Positions 23,451 to 34,450 of a DNA stretch of 64,000 bases are shown here, piece after piece (the first letter of the stretch is position 1; each line of letters begins with the position of its first letter). Source of the DNA: a virus; the IMG/VR virus record IMGVR_UViG_3300032770_000011, positions 1 to 64,000 of that record; one strand, 5' to 3'. The notes below the pieces were generated by a model. The model saw only the letters and a list, made by a program, of their open reading frames with translations. It ran no database searches and was not told the DNA's origin. The position numbers and the translations under genes were made by a program.

Positions 23451-25708
23451 CGGCGACCTGACGGGGCATACCTGTATTTGCAGCTACCAAGTCGCCAGAA
23501 GCTGCCTATATCGGCCGATTGCACAGTGATACTCATCAAGCGGCCCCGGAACCGCACAGTAAGATATTCTGTTGCCTGAGTAACCGTGTACGGACCGTAA
23601 GAGATCGGAGTGTCTCCTGGGAAGTTTGTAATATTGAATGTCAATTGAATTTGTGCCGAAGTACCCCCGGTAAATACCGACCATTTGAAGTCCGGCATTA
23701 TTTGATCAACAATAACGAATTCTTCACCTTCCGCCAAATAAAATTCGCCAGTAGTAAAAGAACTGACTAGAGGGTTACCATCGGCATCTGGCGTAGTCTC
23801 TTGCCGGTAGATAATACCACCCGGTGTTGCTGCAATAGGGTTGCCTAGAATGGATTGGTCAATCCAGGCTGACCGTACTAGAGCATTTGCTGGGCCGTAG
23901 TCCCAAGGTGCATTCGGTTCGGTGATATTCATCTTGACATAGCTGTCGCATTCACCTGACGAACTCGCTGCGGAGGGGTAAAGCCAGCCGACCTCATTGA
24001 ACGGGGTATTTGGCATAGCCCTTACATTCTGCAGATAGTTTGTATTGATGTTCTGAAATACCGCATCCCATACCGAACACGGAAGAACGTTAGCACCACT
24101 AGAAGTATAGGCATAGAAATTGGTTCGCCCCATCCAATAGACAGACCCACGTAACTGCTGTACGCAATGCGAACTGACAGCCCCCGCACCAGCACCAATC
24201 TTATTGAAACCAAAAACGTCGGGCGGTCCGATATAATTCATAGCCCAGAGATCAGCATCCGTAATAATCAGGTTCTGGTTACTGACTGCCAATCCCGCCA
24301 TAATTTCCGAACCAATCGAGATCGTGTAGTTACCGGCCTGAGTTGCGGCTGTTGCAGACCATTGGAAAAAGTTGCCAACGTCACACCACTGCACAAGTAA
24401 AGGTTGCTGCTGCCAGCCAATGTCGCGGTGCACACTGGAGCCAAAGGCAACCAGTATCTGCTCAGACATTGAGACAAAAATCCCAGAATTGAAAGGTGGT
24501 GCTTCAGTAATGATAGAGGCATTCTGAAACCCACTCTCAGGCCCCCAGTAGAAGATGGGCTGATTCATAGGGCAAGCCATGAGAAGCTCGCCCCAATTAT
24601 CCGTTGTCCAATCCGTCGCCGTGATATCCGTTCCGGTCTGGTCTGTCGTACTCGTCCCAGTACCGTAACCCCCTGTACCGTAAGTCCCTAGACCATAACC
24701 AGACCCCAATGGGGGCGGCCCCAATGCAATATAGTAAACAAGTTGAGCGTCACCGCCATTCATAGCGAAGGTACCAGCACCTGTTGCCTGAGTACCAGCA
24801 GCAATCGTAAATGTGTGCGTATCTGGTACAGTAGCGACTTCGTAGGCTCCGGAAATTGTTACACCTTCTCCTGTCGTCGGAATCGGAAATACAATCGTAG
24901 AACCAACAGCAAGACCGTGATCAACAAGATCAACCGAAACAATTGCCGACCCATTCGTCGTAGTAAAGACCGGAACAGACGAGAAGACGATGTCGTCTCC
25001 GCTACCTACGCCAGCACCAGCTGCGTTGGCACTCATGACAACGGTTGTCGCTGTTACAGATGACACCGTTGTAGCACTCGGAATTGACGCAGGCGTCGTC
25101 AAATCATAGATAGTCATTCCTACCTTGACCCAGGCAGGCGTTGAAGCAAAATGAAGAGTGTCATTTCCTGCTGCGGTTGTATTGTTAGTTGCCGTTGGAT
25201 TGGACTCTGAAGTTGTTGCATTTGAACCCGCCGTAATGTTGTAAGAGTGTGTCCCAGTAATTTCATCAATTGGATAAAGCCCATCAAGAATCACACCACC
25301 TTGAGATACTGGTACATTGAAGAAGACTGCATCATAAATTGTAACATTAGAAATATTAGGATCCACAATGGAAACAATATTGCTATTCGCGGTAGTCGAA
25401 ATATTGGGGGCAAAATTGGATGTCAAAACCTGCGGCGAGACATCTTGATAAACACTATTGGTAATAACCGCGAGTTGCGTTGTCGTACCAATGGCCAGAT
25501 GCTTGTTAGTATTCAGATCCTGCCAGGCGTGCAGGTCTCGGGGTACCCCAGAAATAGCGAAGGGATAGAACTTCTGCCAACCACCGTACTTTTGAACAAG
25601 GCTGTCACGAAATCGAATCAGGTTACTTTGCGAGATACCTGTGCGGAGCAATGTCGGGGTGCGTTCGACATTGACGCCCGGTATCAATTGAACCGAACCA
25701 AAAGGCAT
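23447..25708 (-). CDS. tail nozzle / DNA stabilization protein (P22 gp10-like)
   Basis: 753 aa; RFR..KYGGW, DNWGE.L, QAG, YIGPP.VF, C-terminal WRLG...GRR. Confidence 0.7.
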   Translation of the reverse strand: MPFGSVQLIPGVNVERTPTLLRTGISQSNLIRFRDSLVQKYGGWQKFYPFAISGVPRDLHAWQDLNTNKHLAIGTTTQLAVITNSVYQDVSPQVLTSNFAPNISTTANSNIVSIVDPNISNVTIYDAVFFNVPVSQGGVILDGLYPIDEITGTHSYNITAGSNATTSESNPTATNNTTAAGNDTLHFASTPAWVKVGMTIYDLTTPASIPSATTVSSVTATTVVMSANAAGAGVGSGDDIVFSSVPVFTTTNGSAIVSVDLVDHGLAVGSTIVFPIPTTGEGVTISGAYEVATVPDTHTFTIAAGTQATGAGTFAMNGGDAQLVYYIALGPPPLGSGYGLGTYGTGGYGTGTSTTDQTGTDITATDWTTDNWGELLMACPMNQPIFYWGPESGFQNASIITEAPPFNSGIFVSMSEQILVAFGSSVHRDIGWQQQPLLVQWCDVGNFFQWSATAATQAGNYTISIGSEIMAGLAVSNQNLIITDADLWAMNYIGPPDVFGFNKIGAGAGAVSSHCVQQLRGSVYWMGRTNFYAYTSSGANVLPCSVWDAVFQNINTNYLQNVRAMPNTPFNEVGWLYPSAASSSGECDSYVKMNITEPNAPWDYGPANALVRSAWIDQSILGNPIAATPGGIIYRQETTPDADGNPLVSSFTTGEFYLAEGEEFVIVDQIMPDFKWSVFTGGTSAQIQLTFNITNFPGDTPISYGPYTVTQATEYLTVRFRGRLMSITVQSADIGSFWRLGSCKYRYAPSGRR

Positions 25709-25714
25709 CTGTAT

Positions 25715-26665
25715 TCAGCCTGCACGAATCAAGGTAATACCTGCCACTGTTGATGGCGGCATATTTTGAGACGCGCCAGAACCGTAAGCTGAATTATTCA
25801 CGGAGATACCAGTAGTATTTGTATTTATCGTTAGACTGACACCCCCAGAGGGATTTTGTTGGTAAACATTGTTACTACCGCCACCAATACCTGCCCCATT
25901 GTAAATAATTACAGACCCAAAAGAATGTGAATGTCCTGGATCCGTTACAGATGCCGTATGATTGTGGGTCTGTGAGTTTTGATCACCACCTGCTGAAAGC
26001 AGCGTATTACCATCAATTCCAGACACAGCAGACGTTACCCGCCCCGTGCCCTGGTTCAGGGCAACGCGGGTGCGCCCACGTAGATCGGGCAGAGTATTAC
26101 CACCTAGATAGCCATTCAGCACAGGGTAAGTAACCGCACTGAATGTCGTTCCATCGCAATTCAAGTAAGGTTTTACAGTACAGTTGGTGATCCAGGCTGG
26201 AACGGCAGACACACCTAGATCGATATAAGTGCCAACACGTCCTAAGTTGACGTAGTACATATCAGTACCGTCACAGAAGATGTGTACTGCTTCTCCTGGA
26301 GGCGCACAAATGACATTGCCCGGCGTTGAAGAGGCCAGAATGACTACAAAGGCTCCGGTACAAACATTGTTGACGATATAGTACCCCGGCATAGGAAACG
26401 TCACTGTCACATTAGCCGTCAATGTGCCGGAGAATGTAATGAAGGAATTCTGCGCCTGCGTTGGTCCGGCTGAAGGCGTTGCCGTAAATCCTCCTGGGAC
26501 TGTAAGCGTGACTGGTGTGTTAGTCAAGCTAACCGTTACAAAGCCGCCCAGCATACCATCAATAGCAGCCATATCAGGGTTGATTGCTGCAGACCCCCAG
26601 GTACCCGGCAAATCGCCAGTATTGGGCACGATCAAGCCGCGATTGACTGTGAGAGGTTCGACCAT
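25715..26665 (-). CDS. tail fibre/collar-domain protein
   Basis: YLNCDG...YPVL...LPDLRGR...GG...HNH...NMPP tail-collar motifs. Confidence 0.75.
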   Translation of the reverse strand: MVEPLTVNRGLIVPNTGDLPGTWGSAAINPDMAAIDGMLGGFVTVSLTNTPVTLTVPGGFTATPSAGPTQAQNSFITFSGTLTANVTVTFPMPGYYIVNNVCTGAFVVILASSTPGNVICAPPGEAVHIFCDGTDMYYVNLGRVGTYIDLGVSAVPAWITNCTVKPYLNCDGTTFSAVTYPVLNGYLGGNTLPDLRGRTRVALNQGTGRVTSAVSGIDGNTLLSAGGDQNSQTHNHTASVTDPGHSHSFGSVIIYNGAGIGGGSNNVYQQNPSGGVSLTINTNTTGISVNNSAYGSGASQNMPPSTVAGITLIRAG

Positions 26666-26668
26666 AGA

Positions 26669-27373
26669 TTATGCCCTCGGCGGGGTGGCAAGAGGCGCGG
26701 GCTGCTTGGGAGACCAAGCTTGGGCTGCATACTTCTTGCGGTTTTCTTCGACGTTGGCGGATTCAAGTAACGTCTTGTAATGCGTCTCCCAAGACATGGC
26801 CTGCTGTGGATTGTCTACCATCGCGCCATAATTCTGCAGGTAGCCCGCCGCAAATACAAGCGAAGCAGCAAAGAACAGATCTGGCAGATAGAGTGTCAAA
26901 TACGTCGTAGGATTGGACACACTCAAAGGGGTGGGTCGTACCGTACCTACCACCTCAATACTGTAATTGGCATCAGGTGGTGGGCCCACGATGATCTGTT
27001 GATCAGTAATCATAGCATAGTACTGCGGCACCGAAGGCGTCGTGGCTGCTGTCTCATTGGGCCAGAGCGCGTCTAGAAATTCACGCGACGTTGGTACTAA
27101 CTGGTACCTGTTCATTGTAGTTCCTGAAGGAGTAAACACATTCAGGGATTCACTGACGACGAAGTGCTGTGGGAAGGTAAAGCTCCGGCTATTGGCCGTT
27201 AGAGTACCACTAGAATCACGCACAATGGTAGAGAGTAAGTCAAGTTCACGGTATATTCTTTGTTCGGAGTCATCGATAATATTTGGGAGTACTGTTACAA
27301 AGTTGGGGTCCGTCTGAGGGACCACCAACATGTTGGCCAAGTCGGTAACGTACTGGCTATAGGTCAAGGCCAT
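26669..27373 (-). CDS. head-tail adaptor-like protein
   Basis: EQRIYREL, PQYYA, GPPPDANY, PDL motifs. Confidence 0.65.
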   Translation of the reverse strand: MALTYSQYVTDLANMLVVPQTDPNFVTVLPNIIDDSEQRIYRELDLLSTIVRDSSGTLTANSRSFTFPQHFVVSESLNVFTPSGTTMNRYQLVPTSREFLDALWPNETAATTPSVPQYYAMITDQQIIVGPPPDANYSIEVVGTVRPTPLSVSNPTTYLTLYLPDLFFAASLVFAAGYLQNYGAMVDNPQQAMSWETHYKTLLESANVEENRKKYAAQAWSPKQPAPLATPPRA

Positions 27374-27461
27374 AAGGAATAGTCTCTATGTTTAGTTTGT
27401 AGAGAAAGCGACAAATCGTAGCAACCCAGAAGTAAAGACCAGTACCAGATGTAGAGCATGA

Positions 27462-27998
27462 TCACGACGCAGCTAGAGTAAATGTCAAGGCGTTAGCACG
27501 TTCATGGCTGATTCGGTTCGTCCAGCCCCTAGCGAATTTGGTATCCTGCGGGTGGGCCTGGATAATCAGCGAATAGACATGTTGATGGTCGTCACAGAAG
27601 CGCTGCGTAAAATCTTTCAGATCGGTAATTTTGGTAGCAGCCCCAAGCGTAATAAGACCGATATGACCGTCAGCTACAACGCCCAAGGTACGCTGCAGGA
27701 TCAATGCTGCTTCATGCAGTCCGGAATTTACGAAGGTATCGAAGAACAGATAGTCGATACCGCCGGGTAACTGTGGGCAGTAGGGCTGCCAGTACTGTGT
27801 CTTGTAAATCAGCTTCTTGGTTTCCCAAGGAACTGTCCAGATATCCTGGGTTGCCTGGTTGTTGGCTACACACCAAGCGTTATATTCACTCTGGGTGATG
27901 CCATCCGAAGTACGACCACCACTGTCATCAGGGTCGTCATCATTGCCCTTCTCATCGATGTAGGTGAAGGCAACTGCCTTTTCGAAGTTTATGTCCAT
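27462..27998 (-). CDS. endolysin, glycoside hydrolase 108 with PG-binding domain
   Basis: EKG..DDPDDSGGRT..GIT, YW, FDTFVNSG, LQRTLGVVADGHIG..T, F.RGW.NR. Confidence 0.85.
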   Translation of the reverse strand: MDINFEKAVAFTYIDEKGNDDDPDDSGGRTSDGITQSEYNAWCVANNQATQDIWTVPWETKKLIYKTQYWQPYCPQLPGGIDYLFFDTFVNSGLHEAALILQRTLGVVADGHIGLITLGAATKITDLKDFTQRFCDDHQHVYSLIIQAHPQDTKFARGWTNRISHERANALTFTLAAS

Positions 27999-28008
27999 AT
28001 CATAACCT

Positions 28009-29757
28009 TTAAGAAATCGGCGTGATGACGATGATGCCTTGGCAGCCTACCGATCCGGTACCACCACCACCACCGCCGTAGCAGCCGCCATTGCCGGCTG
28101 GCCCCGACCCGACAGGACCGCCTCCACCCCCGCCGGACCCGTGCGTAGAATCCCACTCTTGGCCGTTTCCGCCCGCGCCGCCTTGTTTTGCGCTACCGGC
28201 AGCGCCCGCGCCCCCGCCGCCGCCGCCAGCCGTTCCGGGGCTCCCATTGTTATTCGATGGTCCTCCTGCCCCGCCGCCGACTCCCAGATAGTTGTTACCG
28301 CCGTTACCGCCAGTACTCCCGGATGCCGTCGCCCCGGCGGTGCCACCGCCGTTACCGCCGCCACCGCCAGCCGCACTGCCATCCTGGTTTCCTGAATCCG
28401 CGCCGTTGCCATGAGGACCAGCCGCGCCTCCGCCTGCTGCGTGCCCAGAGGCAACTCCAGTGCCCCCGCTGAAAAGAAAATCACCCAATCCATTCGAGGC
28501 TTGTCCTCCAATTCCAGAGTGGACGCCGCCCTGCGCCCGGACGACGACCGCCGTTCCGCTCTGCGTCGCGCAATTCGACGTGCTATTGCACAGCCACGAA
28601 TAGCCGCCGTCGGTCGTGGTGTTTCCGGCCGCCCCGACCGAATATCCGACGGATGATGAGATAGCGACGGTAAGGCTTATGATGTAGGAGTAAGCCCCAC
28701 CACCACCCGATGGACCGCCGCCGATTGCTTCCACTTGAAAATGCGTGCATCCAGTGGTGTTAGTCCAGGTCCCCGCTCCAGGGGTCGTCAAGAATATGGG
28801 AGTGCCTGAGCCAGAACACGCAGGCGTGTATGGCTTGATGATGATAAGGCCATCGCGTCCGGCACCCGATGTAAGTGTGCCACCTGATGCGCTGACAACG
28901 CCGCCACCTCCTGCGCCGTAAGTGCCACCAGAACCGGCAGATGTTGTGCCGGTCGTCTCGGCCCCACCGCCGCCACCGCCTGAGCCGTAGAGCGAGCCGT
29001 CGATCTCGGTGCCGTTGCTGCCATTGCTGCCGGAGAAGCCTCCGCCACCGCCTGCCCCGCCGCTCGAGCCGTCGCCTTGTCCGCCGTTGGTGCGGCCGAA
29101 CACGCCGCTGGCGGCAACGCCAGGATGACCGCCGCCGAAAGGACCAGCAGCGCCGCCGCCGCCCGTGCCGAGGTAGCCGTTGGTCGTGCTGGCAGATCCG
29201 CCCGATCCGCCCGACAACTTCAGGTCCCCGATCCCTGAGCTTACGGTCCCGCCCGCGCCTCCGGGAACGGTCACGCCGCTCGAATCCGATTGGATGCCGC
29301 CGCCCCCGCCCTGAGCGCCGACGACCACGCTGGTGTCGCCTAGCGAGCTGCAACCAGAGGTAGACGAGCAGAAATAGGTATCACCACCAGCATTGCCATT
29401 ACTGTTACTGCTTGTAACTATCGCCGCCCCACCAGTACCTACATGAATTCCATAAGTACTGCCAAGACTGACAGTGACATTGAAGGTCTCGGAGAAGCCC
29501 CCACCTCCACCTCCTGTGCCTATTGCAATCGTACCCGTATTGACATTGGCAGCGCCAGAACCCCCAGCACCAATTACCTCTACAGTAATCTGAGTACAAC
29601 CAGTCGTGTTGGTCCACGTAGTTCCAGAGGTAAGATAGATTGCAGAAAATACTGTGCATCCAGTCGGCGCGAAGTTGATATAAGCTGGTACAAATTGCGC
29701 ACTGCCCCGCGATAAGGTAAAAAGACTGAGTACTACAACCAGTAAGAACTTTCTCAT
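28009..29757 (-). CDS. glycine-rich fibre-like protein with signal peptide
   Basis: two GTWTNTTGCT-headed Gly-rich modules; N-terminus MRKFLLVVVLSLF. Confidence 0.75.
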   Translation of the reverse strand: MRKFLLVVVLSLFTLSRGSAQFVPAYINFAPTGCTVFSAIYLTSGTTWTNTTGCTQITVEVIGAGGSGAANVNTGTIAIGTGGGGGGFSETFNVTVSLGSTYGIHVGTGGAAIVTSSNSNGNAGGDTYFCSSTSGCSSLGDTSVVVGAQGGGGGIQSDSSGVTVPGGAGGTVSSGIGDLKLSGGSGGSASTTNGYLGTGGGGAAGPFGGGHPGVAASGVFGRTNGGQGDGSSGGAGGGGGFSGSNGSNGTEIDGSLYGSGGGGGGAETTGTTSAGSGGTYGAGGGGVVSASGGTLTSGAGRDGLIIIKPYTPACSGSGTPIFLTTPGAGTWTNTTGCTHFQVEAIGGGPSGGGGAYSYIISLTVAISSSVGYSVGAAGNTTTDGGYSWLCNSTSNCATQSGTAVVVRAQGGVHSGIGGQASNGLGDFLFSGGTGVASGHAAGGGAAGPHGNGADSGNQDGSAAGGGGGNGGGTAGATASGSTGGNGGNNYLGVGGGAGGPSNNNGSPGTAGGGGGGAGAAGSAKQGGAGGNGQEWDSTHGSGGGGGGPVGSGPAGNGGCYGGGGGGTGSVGCQGIIVITPIS

Positions 29758-31958
29758 TGAAGCGCCTTCACAGAATAGGTGCTGTCGCCGCCAGCACGGA
29801 TTACTGAAATAATGAACTTATGTCCATTCGTGGTATCAAGTGAATCGCCGGTGTTTGACCCTACTGAGAAACCAGAGAATGACGTTACACCAGCACTACC
29901 GTTATTTGTAACTTTCAACAAACAGTACCCATCTGCTGATGGTGCCGTTATTGTATAATTCCCACCATTCGTAATGGTCTGTATTGGTCGCGCACCACAA
30001 TCAACTGTGATATCTCCAGTAGATAAAGATTTGGACGTTACAGTGGCACCACCAGACAACGTCTGATCTTCAATATCAAGCGCCGCTAGAGTCATGTTAG
30101 TGCTTGCGCCTGTCCACGTTGTGGAATCTGTTCCAGCCAACGTAATCGTATTATTGACAGTAAAGGTTTTACCAGAGCCAATCGTCAAAGTGGCTGAGGA
30201 CGCAGGAGTTGTAAAAGTATACTTATTGATACTTGTTGCAGTTGCTACGCCAAGCACCGGCGTTATCAGCGTAGGCGTATTAGCCAAAACAACAGCGCCA
30301 GTTCCTGTTACAGCCGTAATTGAGGTTCCATTGATCTTGAATGAATTACCTGTTCCAGCTGTATCATAAGTCTTATTTGTAAATGTATCTGTAGTTGCTT
30401 TACCAACGAGAGTATCGGTTGCCGCTGGAAGACTAACCGTAACCGTACCTAGAGCCCCAGTAACAGGTTCTAAAGTTACCGTACCAGAAGTTGCATTACC
30501 AAATTTTACATAACCAAGCGTTCCAGAAACCCCCACGGTAACGCCAGTGCCATCCCATTCAAGATTGGCCGACCCTCCAAATGATCCAGAGTTATTGAAC
30601 TGTATACTTGTTGAAGGACTCGCAGGTGTGCCAATACTTGTTGTACCACAAGTAACACCTGTTCCTGAGACATAGTTCAAATGGTTACCCCCAGTGTCAG
30701 GGCAACTTGGCATTGAATTCGCTGCAACATTCGCAGTTGAGCCCGTCCAATTACCGAGCATCGTATTAGCGCCTGATTGAGCAAGAATAGAAAGTGGAAT
30801 CGTATTAGCACCACTCACCGTTCCACTCAAAGCTGGCGAAGGAATAGTCAACCCAGAAGGCAGCGTAGTAGATTCTGATGGCACCCCTGAACCGTTCGTA
30901 ACGACTACAGCATTATTCGTCGTGCCAAAACCCGAGACAGTCGTTCCTGCACCTCCATAGAAGGCAATCTGATTGGCAGTGCCAGCTGAGACCGTACCCG
31001 AACCGCCACCCCCACCGCAACCCGCACCGGCATCAACAATATTACCAGAAGCGTCACTCTGGATACAGTTACCAGGCGTCAGCGAACCGGACACCGTCGC
31101 AAACTTTGAGGTGCTCCCTGAAGCCGTACCATTGGTAAATGGTGAAGGAAGTCGTGCGGTATTGACTGTCCCAGTCAACCCTGAAGCGTCAGTACCACTG
31201 CAGAAAGCAGAGGCATCAGAAAGATTTGTGCAAGCTGGCTGTGCTTGCGTAAATACACCGCCTGCGCCGAGCCCTGTCAAAAAGTTATTGGCTGACGCTG
31301 AGAAGGGTACAGCAGTATTGCTGACTGTACCAGCTGAGGTCTTGAAGGAGAAGATTCCGTTGCCACTATCAAAATAGAACTCGCCGTATCCAGACACAGG
31401 ATTGGAAGGCGTAGCAATAGACTTGATACCAATCTGTTGATTGAAGGCCCAAGACCCCGTCATCGTCGGTGAAATGCTCTGGTCTAAAGGAGGCGCAGCA
31501 TCACTCCGCATCGCTGTCGTTGCGACGCCATTGACAGTTGCTAACCCTACTACCGCAGTAGGATTAGCAAATACTGCTCCTGACAAGCAAGAAGGACAAC
31601 TCAAAACGCCGGTAGTAGCATTCAACACTAATGGTGAAACTGCTGTCGATGGGATAGTCCCATTCAAATTGGGCAGCATCAAGGTTGTGGAACCTGCCGC
31701 CGCTTGCGGTACAAGTTGAACTTGCCCACTTGATGCACCAGCAAATGTGATTGAACCTGGCGTAGTACCTGAGATACCAAGCACAGGGCTAGAAGTAGGT
31801 CCTGGAACCCCAATAGTAGACCCAGTGTTACCACAGACAGTCCCACCACCAAACTGGCCTGTGCAGACAGCCAATGCACTCGTCGAGAAGACGAATGAGA
31901 AGGCGATAGTCGAGGCAAGAGCTTTGATAGCTTTCTTGATCATGAGGTCATATACCAT
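29754..31958 (-). CDS. tail fibre-like protein
   Basis: Thr/Gly/Ser-rich; IQFNNSGSFGG and TLTNK-like motifs. Confidence 0.7.
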   Translation of the reverse strand: MVYDLMIKKAIKALASTIAFSFVFSTSALAVCTGQFGGGTVCGNTGSTIGVPGPTSSPVLGISGTTPGSITFAGASSGQVQLVPQAAAGSTTLMLPNLNGTIPSTAVSPLVLNATTGVLSCPSCLSGAVFANPTAVVGLATVNGVATTAMRSDAAPPLDQSISPTMTGSWAFNQQIGIKSIATPSNPVSGYGEFYFDSGNGIFSFKTSAGTVSNTAVPFSASANNFLTGLGAGGVFTQAQPACTNLSDASAFCSGTDASGLTGTVNTARLPSPFTNGTASGSTSKFATVSGSLTPGNCIQSDASGNIVDAGAGCGGGGGSGTVSAGTANQIAFYGGAGTTVSGFGTTNNAVVVTNGSGVPSESTTLPSGLTIPSPALSGTVSGANTIPLSILAQSGANTMLGNWTGSTANVAANSMPSCPDTGGNHLNYVSGTGVTCGTTSIGTPASPSTSIQFNNSGSFGGSANLEWDGTGVTVGVSGTLGYVKFGNATSGTVTLEPVTGALGTVTVSLPAATDTLVGKATTDTFTNKTYDTAGTGNSFKINGTSITAVTGTGAVVLANTPTLITPVLGVATATSINKYTFTTPASSATLTIGSGKTFTVNNTITLAGTDSTTWTGASTNMTLAALDIEDQTLSGGATVTSKSLSTGDITVDCGARPIQTITNGGNYTITAPSADGYCLLKVTNNGSAGVTSFSGFSVGSNTGDSLDTTNGHKFIISVIRAGGDSTYSVKALQ

Positions 31959-32425
31959 CCGCCGCCCGTAGGAATTGGGTTAAGGGTAATCCAACCATAA
32001 GCATTCGTTATCTGCACCATCGAGAGGCCATCACATAATTCACCACCCGTAAAGGTAATGGTGATGTTGTTGGTACTAGCGTCACCTTTCAAATCCTTGA
32101 AGGTAATGGGTTGCTTGTATGTTACCGAAGCCGCTAGCGGCACTACGGCATAGGACGCCGATGCAATCGTCTTATTGAAAAGTATCCTGGTGTCCGTCGT
32201 CTCAACAGCATAAGGACTACCTGATGTGGCCCCCGCTGTAATGACTTCCGTATTGAGGGCAGGATAGGCCGAAAAGAAGGCTGCCAGAGTAGCTAGTGTT
32301 GCATTGTAGAGAACCCCTGCATTGGCGTTGCCTGGCTGCACGAGCCACACGAGCTCGTCACCCGCAAGAGTGGCAGGTACCGACGAGAAGGACGTCATGC
32401 GTCCGTCAGTGGGAATCGAACTCAT
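31940..32425 (-). CDS. virion structural protein
   Basis: KD.KG.ASTNNITI motif typical of fibre tips/adaptors. Confidence 0.6.
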   Translation of the reverse strand: MSSIPTDGRMTSFSSVPATLAGDELVWLVQPGNANAGVLYNATLATLAAFFSAYPALNTEVITAGATSGSPYAVETTDTRILFNKTIASASYAVVPLAASVTYKQPITFKDLKGDASTNNITITFTGGELCDGLSMVQITNAYGWITLNPIPTGGGWYMTS

Positions 32426-32839
32426 TTAGGAGTCCTGTGTGTACTGTGCGATCAAAGGGACAGTGCCAGACTGGTCACAGAGAAGTAGTTGTGGGCCTGC
32501 GCCCCAAGGTGGCTGATCGGTTGGATAGGTAACCTTCGTCGTACCGCCGCGCTGCGCAATCAGTACCAGCTGTTCTTCATAGGCATAGTCAGGAACGCGA
32601 GCATTGATGATCGGCGGTGGATCGGGCGGTAGAACAATCGTGCGAAGTTGTTCATTGGGGATGTCGAAGCAACGGTCCTTACAAACCAATATTCTGATTT
32701 GATACAAGTGCTGCCCCGCCCATGCGGTCTGCCAAACGAGGTCTGAAGAATTCCTCCAGAACGAACATCGATCACATTGTCCCCACGACTCCGGGTCGGT
32801 CGTAGAAACTCTTGCATATTTTGGAAGTGGGTCGGCCAT
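32426..32839 (-). CDS. conserved phage protein with a Cys motif
   Basis: CDRCS...VCKDRCFDIP...DPPPI.NAR. Confidence 0.7.
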   Translation of the reverse strand: MADPLPKYARVSTTDPESWGQCDRCSFWRNSSDLVWQTAWAGQHLYQIRILVCKDRCFDIPNEQLRTIVLPPDPPPIINARVPDYAYEEQLVLIAQRGGTTKVTYPTDQPPWGAGPQLLLCDQSGTVPLIAQYTQDS

Positions 32840-32955
32840 TATACGTGAGCTTCAAGTGTATGAAGTTCCTTAAATGTTAATCCAAGCGTAGGGTGCTTCT
32901 TCCCTTTAGCAACGTAGTCATAAACAGGGCTGCTCTTAACCTTAAATTTTCTCAT
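32839..32955 (-). CDS. 38-aa ORF, possible remnant of a homing-endonuclease C-terminus
   Basis: TAATG coupling on both sides; MRKFKVKSSPVYDYVAKGKKHPTLGLTFKE. Confidence 0.35.
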   Translation of the reverse strand: MRKFKVKSSPVYDYVAKGKKHPTLGLTFKELHTLEAHV

Positions 32956-33635
32956 TAGCGAAAATACCCAGAAAGTCCCACAGTGATGTAGAAAGGCACA
33001 TTCTCTGTGTTCTGCTTAGAGGCAGACGCATAAGCTTCATCAAAATCCGCCTTACGCTGCTGCTCTAACGCAGGAGCGTAGATCCTAGCGAGACGATGGG
33101 CGAGTCCTGCTGCGAAGGCATCCAACCATAGGTAGGGCACTTCTACATTCCCACCCTGACGAATATTGGCATCCTGAATATTGCGGTAACGGTAATACTG
33201 CGCAGACGTCTCATTGCCGTCTGGTACCGGCCAGAACGTAATCGTAGGCGTGGTTGCAAGACGATCGAACCAGAACGAAGTAGGCACACCAGGCGTATTT
33301 GGGTTCGCCAGCGAGGCGTAGTCCGTGCGGCTGAATGGAGTGATAAGCCGGTTATTTCCACTTCCAATGACGATGTACAAGTCCAGAATCTGAACCGTCG
33401 TTACAGGAACATTGTAAGTCGCGGTTCCTTGAACAAGTGGAATAGTCTGCAAATCAACCGTCCAAAGCGTCAACCCATCATTCTGAAATCGCTGTTGCAG
33501 ATAATTGGATTCCAGATATGCGTCCTGCATATGTTGCGGGGTAATTTCAGTACGCCGCACACCTACCCGAGCAAGCGCATTTAGCGCCATCGAACCCAGG
33601 TCAGGGGAAAAAGAATAGGTGCCAGAAGTTGCCAT
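32955..33635 (-). CDS. tail tubular A / adaptor-like protein
   Basis: MATSGT, G..LWT, SRTDY..L.N, G.P, WPVPD, GLA.RL. Confidence 0.7.
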   Translation of the reverse strand: MATSGTYSFSPDLGSMALNALARVGVRRTEITPQHMQDAYLESNYLQQRFQNDGLTLWTVDLQTIPLVQGTATYNVPVTTVQILDLYIVIGSGNNRLITPFSRTDYASLANPNTPGVPTSFWFDRLATTPTITFWPVPDGNETSAQYYRYRNIQDANIRQGGNVEVPYLWLDAFAAGLAHRLARIYAPALEQQRKADFDEAYASASKQNTENVPFYITVGLSGYFR

Positions 33636-34450
33636 CAGACGTACTCAAACTTAGGTAAGCCTAAAGGCTTCCAAGGTTTGTACTGTGGGTGTTGACAAAT
33701 ATAAGTGATCTTTTTTGATCTTGTGTTGTAGTACTCTGCTGCTTCGCGAGCGCAAGAAAAAACTCTTCCAGTATCAATGCAGCGTACAGCCCTGGCGCGT
33801 TTGGCGTTAGCTACCCCTAAACTTCTGGCATAATGCTCTTGGCAATAGTTTTTATAATCTTAAGAATTTCTTTTGTTTTCCCACCAAGAAGCGGCAGCAG
33901 TTGATATTTTATCTCGCGTTTCTTTTTCTAGAACAACACCCTTTCTAGGGCTTCTCTGGCCTTTCTTAGAAGCAGAGACTTTAGCCTTCGATGCTTCAGA
34001 CCAAACATAACCAAAAGAACCACCGCCGCCTAGAGTCAAATTGTACTCGGGCCGTATTTCAGCAATAAGCTGACGCTCAACCTCTAGACAATGAAAGAAA
34101 TCCCGACACACGGCAAAAGTTACAAATTCAAAACTGTGTTCCCCGTATTTCCGTATAGCAGCATAGAAGGGGCCGTTGCCACCTTTCCGTGCAGTCGCCA
34201 AATGCGCACGCTTTCTTCCCTCAACTCCAATGCGCGTAGCTCCAACATAGAGTTTATTATTCAGAGTATTGATTGCAACGTAAACTACGTTCTTAGGCGT
34301 AAGGTTATACCCTTTGGAGGAAGCGTTAGTGCCGCGCAGAATTTCTACGACTCGCGGTCTAGTTCTACGAATAGTTTCAGGAGCCTTTGTACGGTCCGCC
34401 CAATAGCAAAAAGGACCACTGACATCTACTTGGGTATTTATATCTAGCAT
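33635..34450 (-). pseudogene. GIY-YIG homing endonuclease (NUMOD3; NUMOD1 cut off by two in-frame TAA)
   Basis: VYVAINTLNNKLYVGAT...R...H...E...YN in 33860-34450; the same frame resumes with VRCIDTGRVFSCAREAAEYY and ends at TGA 33635-33637. Confidence 0.75.

Noticed and set aside
28009-29757. GGY-rich tract as another guide array
   Set aside because: Three-base periodic glycine codons within a long CDS.
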